Shown: piece by piece, positions 1-9,044 of the stretch
How the letters are laid out: every line of letters starts with the position of its first letter
How positions within the stretch are numbered: position 1 is the first letter of the stretch
From: a virus
Lineage: Duplodnaviria; Caudoviricetes
IMG/VR virus record: IMGVR_UViG_3300017777_000879
Location: 1 to 34,284 of that record
DNA: 34,284 bases
Strand: one strand, 5' to 3'
Position numbers and translations under genes: made by a program
Notes under the pieces: model-generated
Seen by the model: the letters and a program-made list of their open reading frames with translations, nothing else
The model's database searches: none
Told to the model about the DNA's origin: nothing

Positions 1-63
1 AAGATAGCAGACACTATGATTAAATATAAAAAGGAGATGAAGAAAAATGAAAGCAATGATTGA
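1..63 (+). CDS. 3' end of a small hypothetical phage protein (partial)
   Basis: Frame 1 is open from the window edge (KIADTMIKYKKEMKKNESND*). TGA at 61-63 overlaps the next gene. Confidence 0.5.
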   Translation, partial: KIADTMIKYKKEMKKNESND

Positions 64-400
64 GGTAGAGATAGATGACACGGTAATAGTTGAGTCGCTA
101 CGTAATTCGATTGATCTTAACTGGCCCTTCCGTAAAGAACCCGGGATGGGGGTACTACATACATCACTGCTTAACGTGTTGTCATACCACATGGAAGATA
201 GGGAGTTTACGTTGTACTGCAATGCCAACAAGCATTACCTAAAGAAAGAGCAGACAGTAGAAAAAACAATGAAGAAGGAGCGACACAAACGAGCACAAGA
301 AAGATCGGAGTTACTACGTAGAGGATACGATGTTGGGTATAACCAAGGGATTAAAGAAGCACTAGATGAAGTAGCAGCAGGACGTATACACCCAACCTAA
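47..400 (+). CDS. Hypothetical phage protein
   Basis: 117-aa ORF with an AAGGAG SD upstream; no recognised motif. Confidence 0.75.
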   Translation: MKAMIEVEIDDTVIVESLRNSIDLNWPFRKEPGMGVLHTSLLNVLSYHMEDREFTLYCNANKHYLKKEQTVEKTMKKERHKRAQERSELLRRGYDVGYNQGIKEALDEVAAGRIHPT

Positions 401-407
401 GGAGAGG

Positions 408-515
408 ATGATGCATCTATACAAGGTAGCAGTGATTATAGCTATAGGGCTAGTGATATTATTTGCTAGTGTATTAGGCGGAGTTGCCATAATGTTATGG
501 GGGAACCAAGTATGA
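408..515 (+). CDS. Small single-pass membrane protein (35 aa), not in the ORF track
   Basis: SD AAGGAGAGG, then MMHLYKVAVIIAIGLVILFASVLGGVAIMLWGNQV*. It fills the gap exactly, and its TGA overlaps the next ATG (ATGA). Confidence 0.75.
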   Translation: MMHLYKVAVIIAIGLVILFASVLGGVAIMLWGNQV

Positions 516-688
516 GCGAGCGTGAGATTCAGCAAATGGCAGGGGAACGTAGGTTGGAGAAGTTAAATAATTTTTCTGATGAGTTCAAAGCGCTGGTTAA
601 GAAGTATGTGCCTGAGTACGACCCCATTATCGTAGGACAACTGACGGAACGGGCGAATATCTACGAGTGTGGGGCATGGGATGACTAA
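512..688 (+). CDS. Hypothetical protein (start refined to ATG 512, MSEREIQQ)
   Basis: ATGA coupling with the upstream membrane-peptide gene. Confidence 0.7.
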   Translation: MSEREIQQMAGERRLEKLNNFSDEFKALVKKYVPEYDPIIVGQLTERANIYECGAWDD

Positions 689-1040
689 GGTTAAAGCAAA
701 AGTTAAGTATCCTATGGAAGGAATATATGCGGTAGCTAGTAAGTATGTGTTCCCCGTAGCCCCAAATACTGTTGCACATTATAAAAAGCCAAAGAAAGAC
801 TGGCTTGAAGCACATCAGTTATGGATATGTGATGGGAGAGTATTTACCCCTACAGTTCTAGGTAACGGTGAAATGTTCTGGATGGATGCAGTAACAGGTA
901 GTATATACAACGTATATACGGGCAAATGCCAAAGCGGGAATATGCAAATAAAGATCAGTAGTATATGTTTTAATCAAAAAGATGGAGCTTCTATACTTAT
1001 GAAGCTAGGCGATAAAATGGCTTCAGCGGGGGAAGAATGA
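681..1040 (+). CDS. Hypothetical phage protein (start probably ATG 681)
   Basis: Tightly packed ORF overlapping its neighbours at both ends. Confidence 0.7.
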   Translation: MTKVKAKVKYPMEGIYAVASKYVFPVAPNTVAHYKKPKKDWLEAHQLWICDGRVFTPTVLGNGEMFWMDAVTGSIYNVYTGKCQSGNMQIKISSICFNQKDGASILMKLGDKMASAGEE

Positions 1041-1249
1041 GTGCGCTAGAACTACAAGAAGGCGGGGGGCACTATAAAGAAATGGCAGTGCAACCCGTAG
1101 AATTTATCCAAATGAATAATATCCCCTATATAGAGGGTAATGTGATTAAATATGTATGTAGGTGGCGTAAAAAGAATGGTATAGAGGATTTAAAGAAGGC
1201 AAAGCACTATCTTGAACTGCTTATAGCGTTTGAGAGTAAAAAGGACTAA
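1037..1249 (+). CDS. DUF3310 (SaV-like / T7 gp1.7-like) protein
   Basis: Motifs GGGHYK, QPVEFI, GNVIKYVCRW, KNGIEDLKKAKHYL. Confidence 0.9.
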   Translation: MSALELQEGGGHYKEMAVQPVEFIQMNNIPYIEGNVIKYVCRWRKKNGIEDLKKAKHYLELLIAFESKKD

Positions 1250-1253
1250 GAAT

Positions 1254-1445
1254 ATGAGTGATGATGCAGATAGAACACAAGAGCGTATGGATCGAGAGGA
1301 AATTATAAGGAGAAAGATTAATAGACCCTCCTTAGAGGTAGATCCTACAGGCTACTGTCTTAACTGTGATGAGCCTTTAACAACTATAGGTACAAGGTGG
1401 TGTGATAATAGCTGCCGAGATGATTGGGAACACCGTAAAACATGA
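1254..1445 (+). CDS. TraR/DksA-like C4 zinc-finger protein
   Basis: N-terminal MSDDADR (like the DxxDxA motif), a helix, then CLNC...WCDNSC. Confidence 0.7.
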   Translation: MSDDADRTQERMDREEIIRRKINRPSLEVDPTGYCLNCDEPLTTIGTRWCDNSCRDDWEHRKT

Positions 1446-1807
1446 TTAAGAGCACAATTATACCTGTAATGAGATATCCAGTAGGGGCGCAATATATTGG
1501 ACTATCTGGAGAAGGAAACCTAAAGGGTATTAAAGAAATACTAGCAAAGGTTAACGGTATTAATGTATTAAACAACGCCGTTTATAAGAACTTCACATGC
1601 GCCCAAGAAGAAGTATTTAAGTTTGTAGCTAACAACCCTAACTGTGTATGTAAGGACATTAAGATAAACATACTCCCATCAGGGGCTAGTGAGACTAGGG
1701 CTAACACTGTGAGCAAAGCATTACAAAGGTTACGAGCTAGTAAACGTATCTACACATCAGGTAGATCAGGCGCATACAAATACAAGATAGTTAAACTAAA
1801 AAAATAG
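1442..1807 (+). CDS. Putative winged-helix DNA-binding protein
   Basis: Basic C-terminal half with a wHTH-like pattern (TVSKALQRLRASKRIYTSGRSGAYKY). Confidence 0.55.
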   Translation: MIKSTIIPVMRYPVGAQYIGLSGEGNLKGIKEILAKVNGINVLNNAVYKNFTCAQEEVFKFVANNPNCVCKDIKINILPSGASETRANTVSKALQRLRASKRIYTSGRSGAYKYKIVKLKK

Positions 1808-1836
1808 TTGTACTAAGTTTACTTATAGGGTAGTAT
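1808..1836 (+). promoter_or_regulatory. Sigma70-type promoter, probably giving a leaderless transcript
   Basis: TTGTAC (1808-1813), 17-bp spacer, TAGTAT (1831-1836). The ATG at 1843 sits at the expected +1, and there is no SD. Confidence 0.6.
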
Positions 1837-1842
1837 GTAAAG

Positions 1843-2502
1843 ATGAGTTATACATGGTCGTTCTCCTCTTTAAAAGATTATATCAACTGCCCTAAGCAGT
1901 ACCAAGAAGTAAAGGTATTGAAACGGTTTCAGAAAAGCGCTACACCTCAGATGCTGTATGGTAATGAAGTACATAAGGCGTGTGAAGACTATGTAGCGGA
2001 AGGTAAGCCCCTAGCAAAAAACTATGAGCGTTTCAAACCGGTACTAGATTCCTTAGCAGCTATACCGGGGGAGAAGTTACCAGAACACCGTATGGCACTC
2101 AATGCCAATAAAGAACCTTGCAAGTTCACGGATAAAGATTTCTGGGTGCGGGGCATAGTAGACTTAATAATTATAGACGGTGATACAGCTTTCATCGTGG
2201 ATTATAAGACGGGCAGTAATAAGTACCCAGAACCAAAGCAACTGAAGTTAATGGCGTTGATGGCCTTTGCTCATTTTCCCCAACTTCAAAAGATTAAGGC
2301 GGGGCTGTTGTTTGTGATGCATGACAGCTTCATGCCAGAAGCGTATAATCGTAAAGATATAGACATCTTATGGGATTATTTTAAAGGTGATCTTGAACGG
2401 CTAAACTTGTCCTATAAGAATGATAGTTGGATGCCTAACCCAACTCCACTATGTGGGTGGTGTCCAGTAAAGACATGTGAGTTCCATAAACAAAGAAGGT
2501 AA
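1843..2502 (+). CDS. Cas4-like / RecB-family PD-(D/E)XK exonuclease with Fe-S staple
   Basis: SFSSLKDYINCP, GNEVH, VDLII...IVDYKTG, QLKLMAL, C-terminal CGWCPVKTC (1+3 Cys). Confidence 0.9.
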   Translation: MSYTWSFSSLKDYINCPKQYQEVKVLKRFQKSATPQMLYGNEVHKACEDYVAEGKPLAKNYERFKPVLDSLAAIPGEKLPEHRMALNANKEPCKFTDKDFWVRGIVDLIIIDGDTAFIVDYKTGSNKYPEPKQLKLMALMAFAHFPQLQKIKAGLLFVMHDSFMPEAYNRKDIDILWDYFKGDLERLNLSYKNDSWMPNPTPLCGWCPVKTCEFHKQRR

Positions 2503-2520
2503 CTACTGAAGGAGCATATA

Positions 2521-2757
2521 ATGCCCTACGTTAACAAGCCAAGACCTTATAAGAAAGAATACGAGCAGCAGAAAGAGCGTAAAGAGTTACCAAACCGTAT
2601 GGAAAGACAAAAGGCTAGGCGTGCCTTAGACAAGAAAGGTGTTGACCGTACTGGCATGGATGTAAGCCATAAGAAAGCATTATCTAAAGGCGGCTCTAAT
2701 AAAGATGGGTATAAACTAGAAAGCCCTAGTAAGAATAGAGCAAGGAACTATCAGTAA
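2521..2757 (+). CDS. Small HNH-like endonuclease-family protein
   Basis: DVSHKKALSKGGSN...SKNRARN minimal HNH core; GAAGGAG SD. Confidence 0.7.
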   Translation: MPYVNKPRPYKKEYEQQKERKELPNRMERQKARRALDKKGVDRTGMDVSHKKALSKGGSNKDGYKLESPSKNRARNYQ

Positions 2758-2819
2758 CAAGTAATTGGAACGGCAGTTGAGGCTGTTAATCTCAACGAAC
2801 CATATAGTTAAAGGCCATT

Positions 2820-4385
2820 GTGGAAATAGTAGAAGACTGCGCAATTAAATTGCGTGTAGTAAATGCCCATGCCGAATACATAGTTGACCACATAGAAAAG
2901 TGCGAAGTTCTCTCAAAGGATTTCGATACTACTGAGCTATTAGTTTATTGGGGCATTGAAGAAATGCAACGTCTGAACAAGACGTTTACTGGTGGGGGAA
3001 AGCTACCTTCCCCTATAACACGGGACTACAACTGGCCCGGACTATACACCCCATTCAAACACCAAGTCACAACCGCTGCGTTCTTATCCTTACAAGATAG
3101 GGCTTTCTGCTTTAATGAGGCAGGTACAGGTAAGACTTCATCTGTTATCTGGGCGGCTGACTACCTTATGAATATGGGGTTAGTCAAAAGAGTATTAGTT
3201 ATATGCCCCCTAACAATCATGTACTCCGCATGGCAAGCAGATATATTTAAGACAGCTATGCACAGAACTGTAGCCGTAGCCTATGGTGAAGCTAGTAAAC
3301 GCAAGAAGATTCTTAACGGACAGTATGAGTTTGTAATCATTAACTATGATGGAGTTGGCATTGTACAAGAGGATATTAAGAAGTTAGGGTTTGATCTCAT
3401 AGTGATAGATGAGGCTAATGCGTATAAAACTGCTACAACTAAGCGTTGGAAAACTCTAAGCAGGATATTAATGCCATCTACAAGGCTATGGATGCTAACC
3501 GGAACCCCCGCTTCTCAGTCTCCTTTAGATGCTTTTGGACTAGCTAAACTTGTATCCCCGGGGGGTGTACCTAAGTATTTTACCGCATGGCGCGATAAGA
3601 TAATGCACCAAGTTTCTAGGTTTAAGTGGGCCCCCAAGCCTACCGCTAGGGATGATGTCTATAACGCACTACAACCAGCCATTAGATTTGCAAAGGCTGA
3701 GTGCTTAGATCTACCGAAAGTTATGTATCAGACAAGGGAAGTACCGCTTACTCCGCAGGTTAGTAGGTACTATAAAGAACTAAAAGATCAACTATTAATA
3801 GAGGCCGCTGGTGAACAGATTAGCGCAGTCCATGCGGCAGCAAAGCTTACTAAGCTACTACAGATCTCTGGTGGGGCTGTATACACTGACACTAGGGAAG
3901 TAATTGAGTTCGATGTATCCCCACGCCTTAACGCCCTAATAGAGGTAATGGAGGAGACAGAACATAAGGTTATCGTATTCGTGCCATTTAGGCACACGAT
4001 AGCACTGGTATCAAGACACTTAATAAAAGAGGGGATATCAAATGAAATAATAAATGGAGATGTACCAGCAAGAGAACGGGCAAATATCATTAATAGATTT
4101 CAGACTACCGCCCAAACGAGAGTTTTAATTATCCAACCACAAGCAGCATCTCATGGAGTAACTTTAACCGCCGCTAATACAGTTGTATTTTGGTCTCCAG
4201 TAATGAGTGTAGAGACTTACTTACAGTGTATCGCCCGTATAGACCGTGTGGGGCAAGTCAATAGCATGACGGTAGTGCATCTACAAGGATCAGAAGTAGA
4301 ACGAAAGATGTATCAGATGCTACAAAATAAGGTTACTAGCCACGAAAAACTTGTAGACCTTTATAAACAGGAGCTAGGAATATAA
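2820..4385 (+). CDS. SNF2-family (SF2) helicase
   Basis: Walker A EAGTGKT, DEAN, LTGTP, HGVTLT, QCIARIDRVGQ; GTG start. Confidence 0.93.
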   Translation: MEIVEDCAIKLRVVNAHAEYIVDHIEKCEVLSKDFDTTELLVYWGIEEMQRLNKTFTGGGKLPSPITRDYNWPGLYTPFKHQVTTAAFLSLQDRAFCFNEAGTGKTSSVIWAADYLMNMGLVKRVLVICPLTIMYSAWQADIFKTAMHRTVAVAYGEASKRKKILNGQYEFVIINYDGVGIVQEDIKKLGFDLIVIDEANAYKTATTKRWKTLSRILMPSTRLWMLTGTPASQSPLDAFGLAKLVSPGGVPKYFTAWRDKIMHQVSRFKWAPKPTARDDVYNALQPAIRFAKAECLDLPKVMYQTREVPLTPQVSRYYKELKDQLLIEAAGEQISAVHAAAKLTKLLQISGGAVYTDTREVIEFDVSPRLNALIEVMEETEHKVIVFVPFRHTIALVSRHLIKEGISNEIINGDVPARERANIINRFQTTAQTRVLIIQPQAASHGVTLTAANTVVFWSPVMSVETYLQCIARIDRVGQVNSMTVVHLQGSEVERKMYQMLQNKVTSHEKLVDLYKQELGI

Positions 4386-4387
4386 CC

Positions 4388-4789
4388 ATGAAAAATAATT
4401 TAGAAGAATTAGTAAAAATATACTTGACAATACGTGGTGAACGTGAAAAACTGCTTGACGAGTATGAGACGCAAGATAAGAAGTACAAAGAAGATATGGT
4501 AGTCATAGAGCAGACCATGCTTACAACATGTAATGAGTCAAATGCTGATAGTATTAAGACCCAAGCTGGTACAGTAATGCGTAAGCTTAATGAGCGTTTT
4601 ATATGTTCAGACTGGGATAACTTTAGGAAGTTTGTTGCTGAGAACGATGCGCTAGAGCTATTAGAACGGCGTATTCATCAAGGCAATTTCAAAGAATTCC
4701 TCCACGGGCATGAGCAAGATGGACTACCCCCCGGAGTGAATGTAATGCGGGAATTTGGCATAGTAGTACGTAAACCCGCCTCTCGTTAA
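4388..4789 (+). CDS. Conserved hypothetical protein of the replication module
   Basis: 133 aa with an N-terminal coiled coil and a C-terminal LPPGVNV; lies between the helicase and the SSB-like gene. Confidence 0.75.
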   Translation: MKNNLEELVKIYLTIRGEREKLLDEYETQDKKYKEDMVVIEQTMLTTCNESNADSIKTQAGTVMRKLNERFICSDWDNFRKFVAENDALELLERRIHQGNFKEFLHGHEQDGLPPGVNVMREFGIVVRKPASR

Positions 4790-4812
4790 TTTAGTTAAAA
4801 GGAACCCACGAT

Positions 4813-5667
4813 ATGAGTAACGAACTAGCAACAATCCTAGCAAACAACCCATCCCTTATTCAAACAGGGCTAGATGAAGATACACTTGCAGTATCAGGTG
4901 GCGGTGGCGCACGACAGAACAAACGGCTATCTATTAAAGGCGGCGTATTCCGTAAGTACTCAGGCGGTAAAGAAATAGGTGCTATAGAAGAGCGTCATAT
5001 GAATGTTATTATCGTGAAGATGGCCCATAAAGCCTCACGTATGTTCTATGATGCTGGTTTTGTAGAAGGCGCTAAGGTTAGTCCAGTATGCTGGTCTAGC
5101 AACTCAGAAACTCCAGAGCCAGAAGTAGCTAACCCACCAGCAATTAGCTGTAACACCTGCCCTAATAGTGTAAAAGGATCAGGCGATAACGGCATAGGTA
5201 CTAAATGTAAGTTGTCTTGGCGCACGGCTGTTGTCCTACCTGCCGATCCGGGCGGAGATGTAATGCAGTTGGTACTACCTGCTATGTCTACCTTTGGTAA
5301 AGAAGATAGCGGCAAATGGCCTTTCCGTCCTTATGTACAACACTTAGCATCGCACAACGTAAGTGCTGGGCGCGTTATTACCAAGATGCAGTTTGATACA
5401 TCATCAGCTACACCTAAAGTAATGTTCTCTCCTGTTGGTGCTGTACCTGAGGCAGATCTAGCTATCATAACAAAGCAAGCTAAAAGCCAAGCGGCTGAAA
5501 TGGCAATTAAACTTACAGTCTTTCAAGGAGGAGAAGCTGGTGATGGGTTAATTACACCAGTACAACCTACTGAGTCTGAGCCTATTAAGCGTAGTGGGTC
5601 TAAGGTAACAGGGGAAGATACGCCAGTAGATGTGTCTGATGTAGTTAAGAAGTGGTCTAAAAAATAA
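4813..5667 (+). CDS. Putative ssDNA-binding/annealing protein with a Cys4 metal site
   Basis: RLSIKGGVF, PVCWS..CNTCP..CK, flexible acidic C-terminal tail. Function is inferred from context. Confidence 0.55.
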   Translation: MSNELATILANNPSLIQTGLDEDTLAVSGGGGARQNKRLSIKGGVFRKYSGGKEIGAIEERHMNVIIVKMAHKASRMFYDAGFVEGAKVSPVCWSSNSETPEPEVANPPAISCNTCPNSVKGSGDNGIGTKCKLSWRTAVVLPADPGGDVMQLVLPAMSTFGKEDSGKWPFRPYVQHLASHNVSAGRVITKMQFDTSSATPKVMFSPVGAVPEADLAIITKQAKSQAAEMAIKLTVFQGGEAGDGLITPVQPTESEPIKRSGSKVTGEDTPVDVSDVVKKWSKK

Positions 5668-5677
5668 GGAGCATTAC

Positions 5678-5980
5678 ATGTCACGGAGCTACAGCGAAAA
5701 ATTTCTATTAGAGTTATATAAGTCCAATGCTAATAATCCGGGGATAGCCCTTGCTTTATCATGTGTTGAGGCAAACCTACCTGCTACTTGTGTGGCAGAG
5801 GCATTTGGTGTAACTCGGATGTCAATTCATAGCTGGTTCCGTGGCAAACCTTTAAGATATAAGCATCAAGAACAAGTAGAAGATTTCTTAGATGTTGTTA
5901 CTAAAGATTTAAAAGATGGTGTACTACCTGTTAAAACCCAATTAGAGGCCAGATCATATTTAGCTACTATGAATAAATAA
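5678..5980 (+). CDS. Cro/XRE-like HTH DNA-binding protein
   Basis: VAEAFGVTRMSIHSWFRG; AAGGAG SD. Confidence 0.8.
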   Translation: MSRSYSEKFLLELYKSNANNPGIALALSCVEANLPATCVAEAFGVTRMSIHSWFRGKPLRYKHQEQVEDFLDVVTKDLKDGVLPVKTQLEARSYLATMNK

Positions 5981-6001
5981 AAGACCTCTACATTTCTAAC
6001 C

Positions 6002-6023
6002 AAAAGCGGGGCAACCCGCTTTT
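6002..6023. terminator. Intrinsic terminator-like hairpin, potentially bidirectional
   Basis: AAAAGCGGG-GCAA-CCCGCTTTT: perfect 9-bp inverted repeat with a GNRA loop and A/T tracts. Confidence 0.7.
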
Positions 6024-6037
6024 ATATACTCTGCGCT

Positions 6038-8860
6038 ATGATAAAACAATTCTATGAGAAAGCGTTACCCAAGCAGGGTGTTTACTGTGTTAGCGGAATA
6101 AACCAAAATACTAAGAAAACAAACAACCGTTTTGCAGAAACACTAGATGATGTATTTAAAGAAGTAGAAAAACTAAAAAGCAAAGGCTTAAACACATATG
6201 TTGCACTAGGTTCTTTTGACGGGTTTAGTAGGAAGGCTGATAACTGCATTTACTACAGGTCGCTGTTCATTGACCTAGATGTAGGCGCTGATAAGGCAGC
6301 AGAAGGAAAGGGCTATATTAGTAAGGAAGCCGCTTTAACTGCGCTTGATAAATTCCTAGAAGAAACAGGACTACCCCCACCCGTCAGGATAGACTCAGGT
6401 ACAGGAGTTCATGCTTATTGGCTATTAGAAGAAGAGGTTCCTATAGCGGAATACTTACCCTACGCCGAGAAGTTTAAGCAGTTCTGTATATCAAGACTAT
6501 ACGCTGACCCTTCAGTTATGGCAGATGCAGCCCGTATTATGCGCTGTCCTGACACGCTTAATTATAAAACTGACCCCCCATGCCTATCTAGTTTTCTAAC
6601 TACTGAGTTTAATCAGTATAACTTTGCGTCATTTAAAGAGTTATTAGGCGAGGAAATACCTGTTAAGGACATACTGGCTACTGTATCTAAGGGGCTAGAC
6701 GAAGAAACCCGCAAGATGTTGAAGATGGACAACTTTGCTTATACATTTAATGAACTAGCAGATAAGAGTCTAAAAGGTACGGGATGTAATCAGATACGGT
6801 ATATGTTGGAGAATCAAGCTACAGTAGCTCGGGATCAATGGGCGGCTGGACTAACCGTAGCAGTACATTGCGCGGACGGAGCTGAAGCCATACATAAGAT
6901 GTCTAATGAATATGAGAATTATAATAGTGATGAAACAGAGAAAACTGCCCGTTCTTTTAATGCCCCCCGTACATGCGACTGGTTTGTTAATAACTTCCCA
7001 AGTCAGTGCGAAGGATGTTCACATAGAGGAAGAATCAAAACCCCAATCGTACTTGGAAGAGAATTCCAAGCCGCCGTTGCGTCAGATAAAGAGGAGCCAA
7101 TTTGGGAAAAGAAGAGTACCAAGAATATCAAAGAACTACCGGGATTCCTAAAACCGTTTGTTAGAGGGTTAAATGGGGGTATCTATTACGCTGCTCCTCA
7201 AAAGCCGGATAAGGATGGGGAAGAACAAAATAGTGAGCCTACGCTTATATCAGCGCATGATTTATTTCCAATACAGCGTATGTACAGTCCGTTAGATGGC
7301 GAGTGCTTAACAATGCGGCTACTACTTCCTAACGATGAACCAAGAGAATTCTTACTACCAATGAAGTCTGTTTATTCAAAGGATAGGTTCCAAGATATCA
7401 TGGCATCAAATGGGGTGATATGCATTCCCTCAGTAGTACCCCACCTCATAAGTTATGTAATTAAATGGAGTCAGTATATGATTAACACAGCTAAAGCAGA
7501 CATCATGCGTATGCAAATGGGCTGGACAGAGGACAAACAAGCCTTTGTTATAGGTGATAAGGAAGTACGAAGTGATGGTACGGTAGTTGATGCTGCCTCG
7601 TCTCCATATGTTAAAGATATTGCTAAGTTTTTAGTATCAAGTGGTACGTATTCTGACTGGAAATGGGCAACTAAACAACTAGATGTGGCTGGTTTTGAAC
7701 AGCATGCGTTCACTATGCTTATTGGGTTTGGGAGTCCTTTAATGCATATGACCTCTACCCCCGGCGGTACTGTAAGTTTATTAGGTGAATCTGGTGTGGC
7801 TAAAACAGGAGCACTATATGCAGGGCTTAGTATATTTGGAAACCCTCGAGAACTATGCGTAGTATCTGGCACAGATAATGGTGTGACCCAGAGATTTCTA
7901 GGATTCCATAACATCATGTTTGGTATGGATGAAGTAGGTGGTAAGTCTCCTGAGGTTTTATCTGACTTAGTGCATAAAGTATCTCAAGGCAAAGCTAAGA
8001 TCAGGCTGCAAGCATCTGTAAATGCAGAACGTGCCCATGAAATGCCTGCCTCTTTAATTGCCGTCCTTACTTCTAATCATTCAGTCGTTAATAAATTTGA
8101 GGCTATAAAAGGTAGTCCAGATGGTGAAATGGCTAGAGTAATTGAAATGTTAGTAAGACCGCCAACTCCATTGCTAGGTGAAGGTGGTAGTGAACTAGGT
8201 CAGAAGATATTTGAGACTTTTAGATTAAACTATGGACATGCGGGTACTGTATATATAAAGGAGCTATATAGGCTAGGGGAACCACCAATTAAAGTAAAAC
8301 TAGATAAATGGCATAATAGATTCTTAGCAGACTTTGGAGATGTTGTGGCTTACCGCTTCTATCGAAATATGATAGCTGCTATTTTTACTGGCGGTGAAAT
8401 AGCTATAGAGGCAGGTATAATTGAATTAGATATTGAGCGTGTATATGGCGTAATGCTACTGGAGTTGATACAGATAAGAGACAAGGTAGTAAAGTTAAAT
8501 AAGACAGACTACTGTGCGATACTAGGTGATTTTCTTAATAAGTTTGAAGGTAACACCCTAAAGATAAAAGATAGACATGTTATAAAAGAACCTATGGGAG
8601 CTATTGTGGCTAGAATATCCTCAGATGAAGGTATAACACAAGTATCTAAAACTGAGTTTAAAGCCTATCTTGCTAAACGCAATATAAGTAGTAGAGAGTT
8701 TGAAGTTGCTATGACCGAAAAGAAGATATTAATTAGCGCAAGAAAGGGCAGGTTATCTACAGGGTGGAAGCTAGCCCAAGAGAATCAACCAACGCCTATG
8801 TATCATTTTAGGAGTGTGTTTTCTATGGACTCAGAGGATGATACCGAGTCAGATACTTGA
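6038..8860 (+). CDS. DNA primase-helicase (AEP/RepB-like primase, Cys-rich domain, DUF927-like region, P-loop ATPase)
   Basis: FIDLD, SGTGVHAYW, RIMRCPDTLNYK; GCNQI..HC..RTC..CEGC; Walker A variant GESGVAKT; Walker B FGMDE. Confidence 0.88.
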   Translation: MIKQFYEKALPKQGVYCVSGINQNTKKTNNRFAETLDDVFKEVEKLKSKGLNTYVALGSFDGFSRKADNCIYYRSLFIDLDVGADKAAEGKGYISKEAALTALDKFLEETGLPPPVRIDSGTGVHAYWLLEEEVPIAEYLPYAEKFKQFCISRLYADPSVMADAARIMRCPDTLNYKTDPPCLSSFLTTEFNQYNFASFKELLGEEIPVKDILATVSKGLDEETRKMLKMDNFAYTFNELADKSLKGTGCNQIRYMLENQATVARDQWAAGLTVAVHCADGAEAIHKMSNEYENYNSDETEKTARSFNAPRTCDWFVNNFPSQCEGCSHRGRIKTPIVLGREFQAAVASDKEEPIWEKKSTKNIKELPGFLKPFVRGLNGGIYYAAPQKPDKDGEEQNSEPTLISAHDLFPIQRMYSPLDGECLTMRLLLPNDEPREFLLPMKSVYSKDRFQDIMASNGVICIPSVVPHLISYVIKWSQYMINTAKADIMRMQMGWTEDKQAFVIGDKEVRSDGTVVDAASSPYVKDIAKFLVSSGTYSDWKWATKQLDVAGFEQHAFTMLIGFGSPLMHMTSTPGGTVSLLGESGVAKTGALYAGLSIFGNPRELCVVSGTDNGVTQRFLGFHNIMFGMDEVGGKSPEVLSDLVHKVSQGKAKIRLQASVNAERAHEMPASLIAVLTSNHSVVNKFEAIKGSPDGEMARVIEMLVRPPTPLLGEGGSELGQKIFETFRLNYGHAGTVYIKELYRLGEPPIKVKLDKWHNRFLADFGDVVAYRFYRNMIAAIFTGGEIAIEAGIIELDIERVYGVMLLELIQIRDKVVKLNKTDYCAILGDFLNKFEGNTLKIKDRHVIKEPMGAIVARISSDEGITQVSKTEFKAYLAKRNISSREFEVAMTEKKILISARKGRLSTGWKLAQENQPTPMYHFRSVFSMDSEDDTESDT

Positions 8861-9044
8861 GCCTGAGTGGGTGCTACCATTTGAGGGTATGTCAGTGGGG
8901 GATAGTTTCTTTATCCCTACATTGCGCCCCGCAGAGTTAATCTATGCCATTGACTGCGGGGCTAAACGGGCTAAGGTGCGTGTAAAGAGCTATTGCTCAA
9001 TAAAGGATGCCCACCTAGGGGTTAGAACTTGGCGCATTAGTTAA
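8838..9044 (+). CDS. Small conserved phage protein (LPFxxMxVGDSFF family)
   Basis: LPFEGMSVGDSFFIP...GVRTWRI. A GAGG precedes ATG 8838, but the start is uncertain (ORF track gives 8814). Confidence 0.75.
   Translation: MIPSQILEPEWVLPFEGMSVGDSFFIPTLRPAELIYAIDCGAKRAKVRVKSYCSIKDAHLGVRTWRIS

Noticed and set aside
2521-2757. Mobile homing endonuclease or intron
   Set aside because: It is only 78 aa, free-standing with its own SD, and does not interrupt a gene.
6906-7151. Second overprinted ORF inside the primase gene
   Set aside because: No SD, and it overlaps the constrained Cys-rich domain of the main frame.
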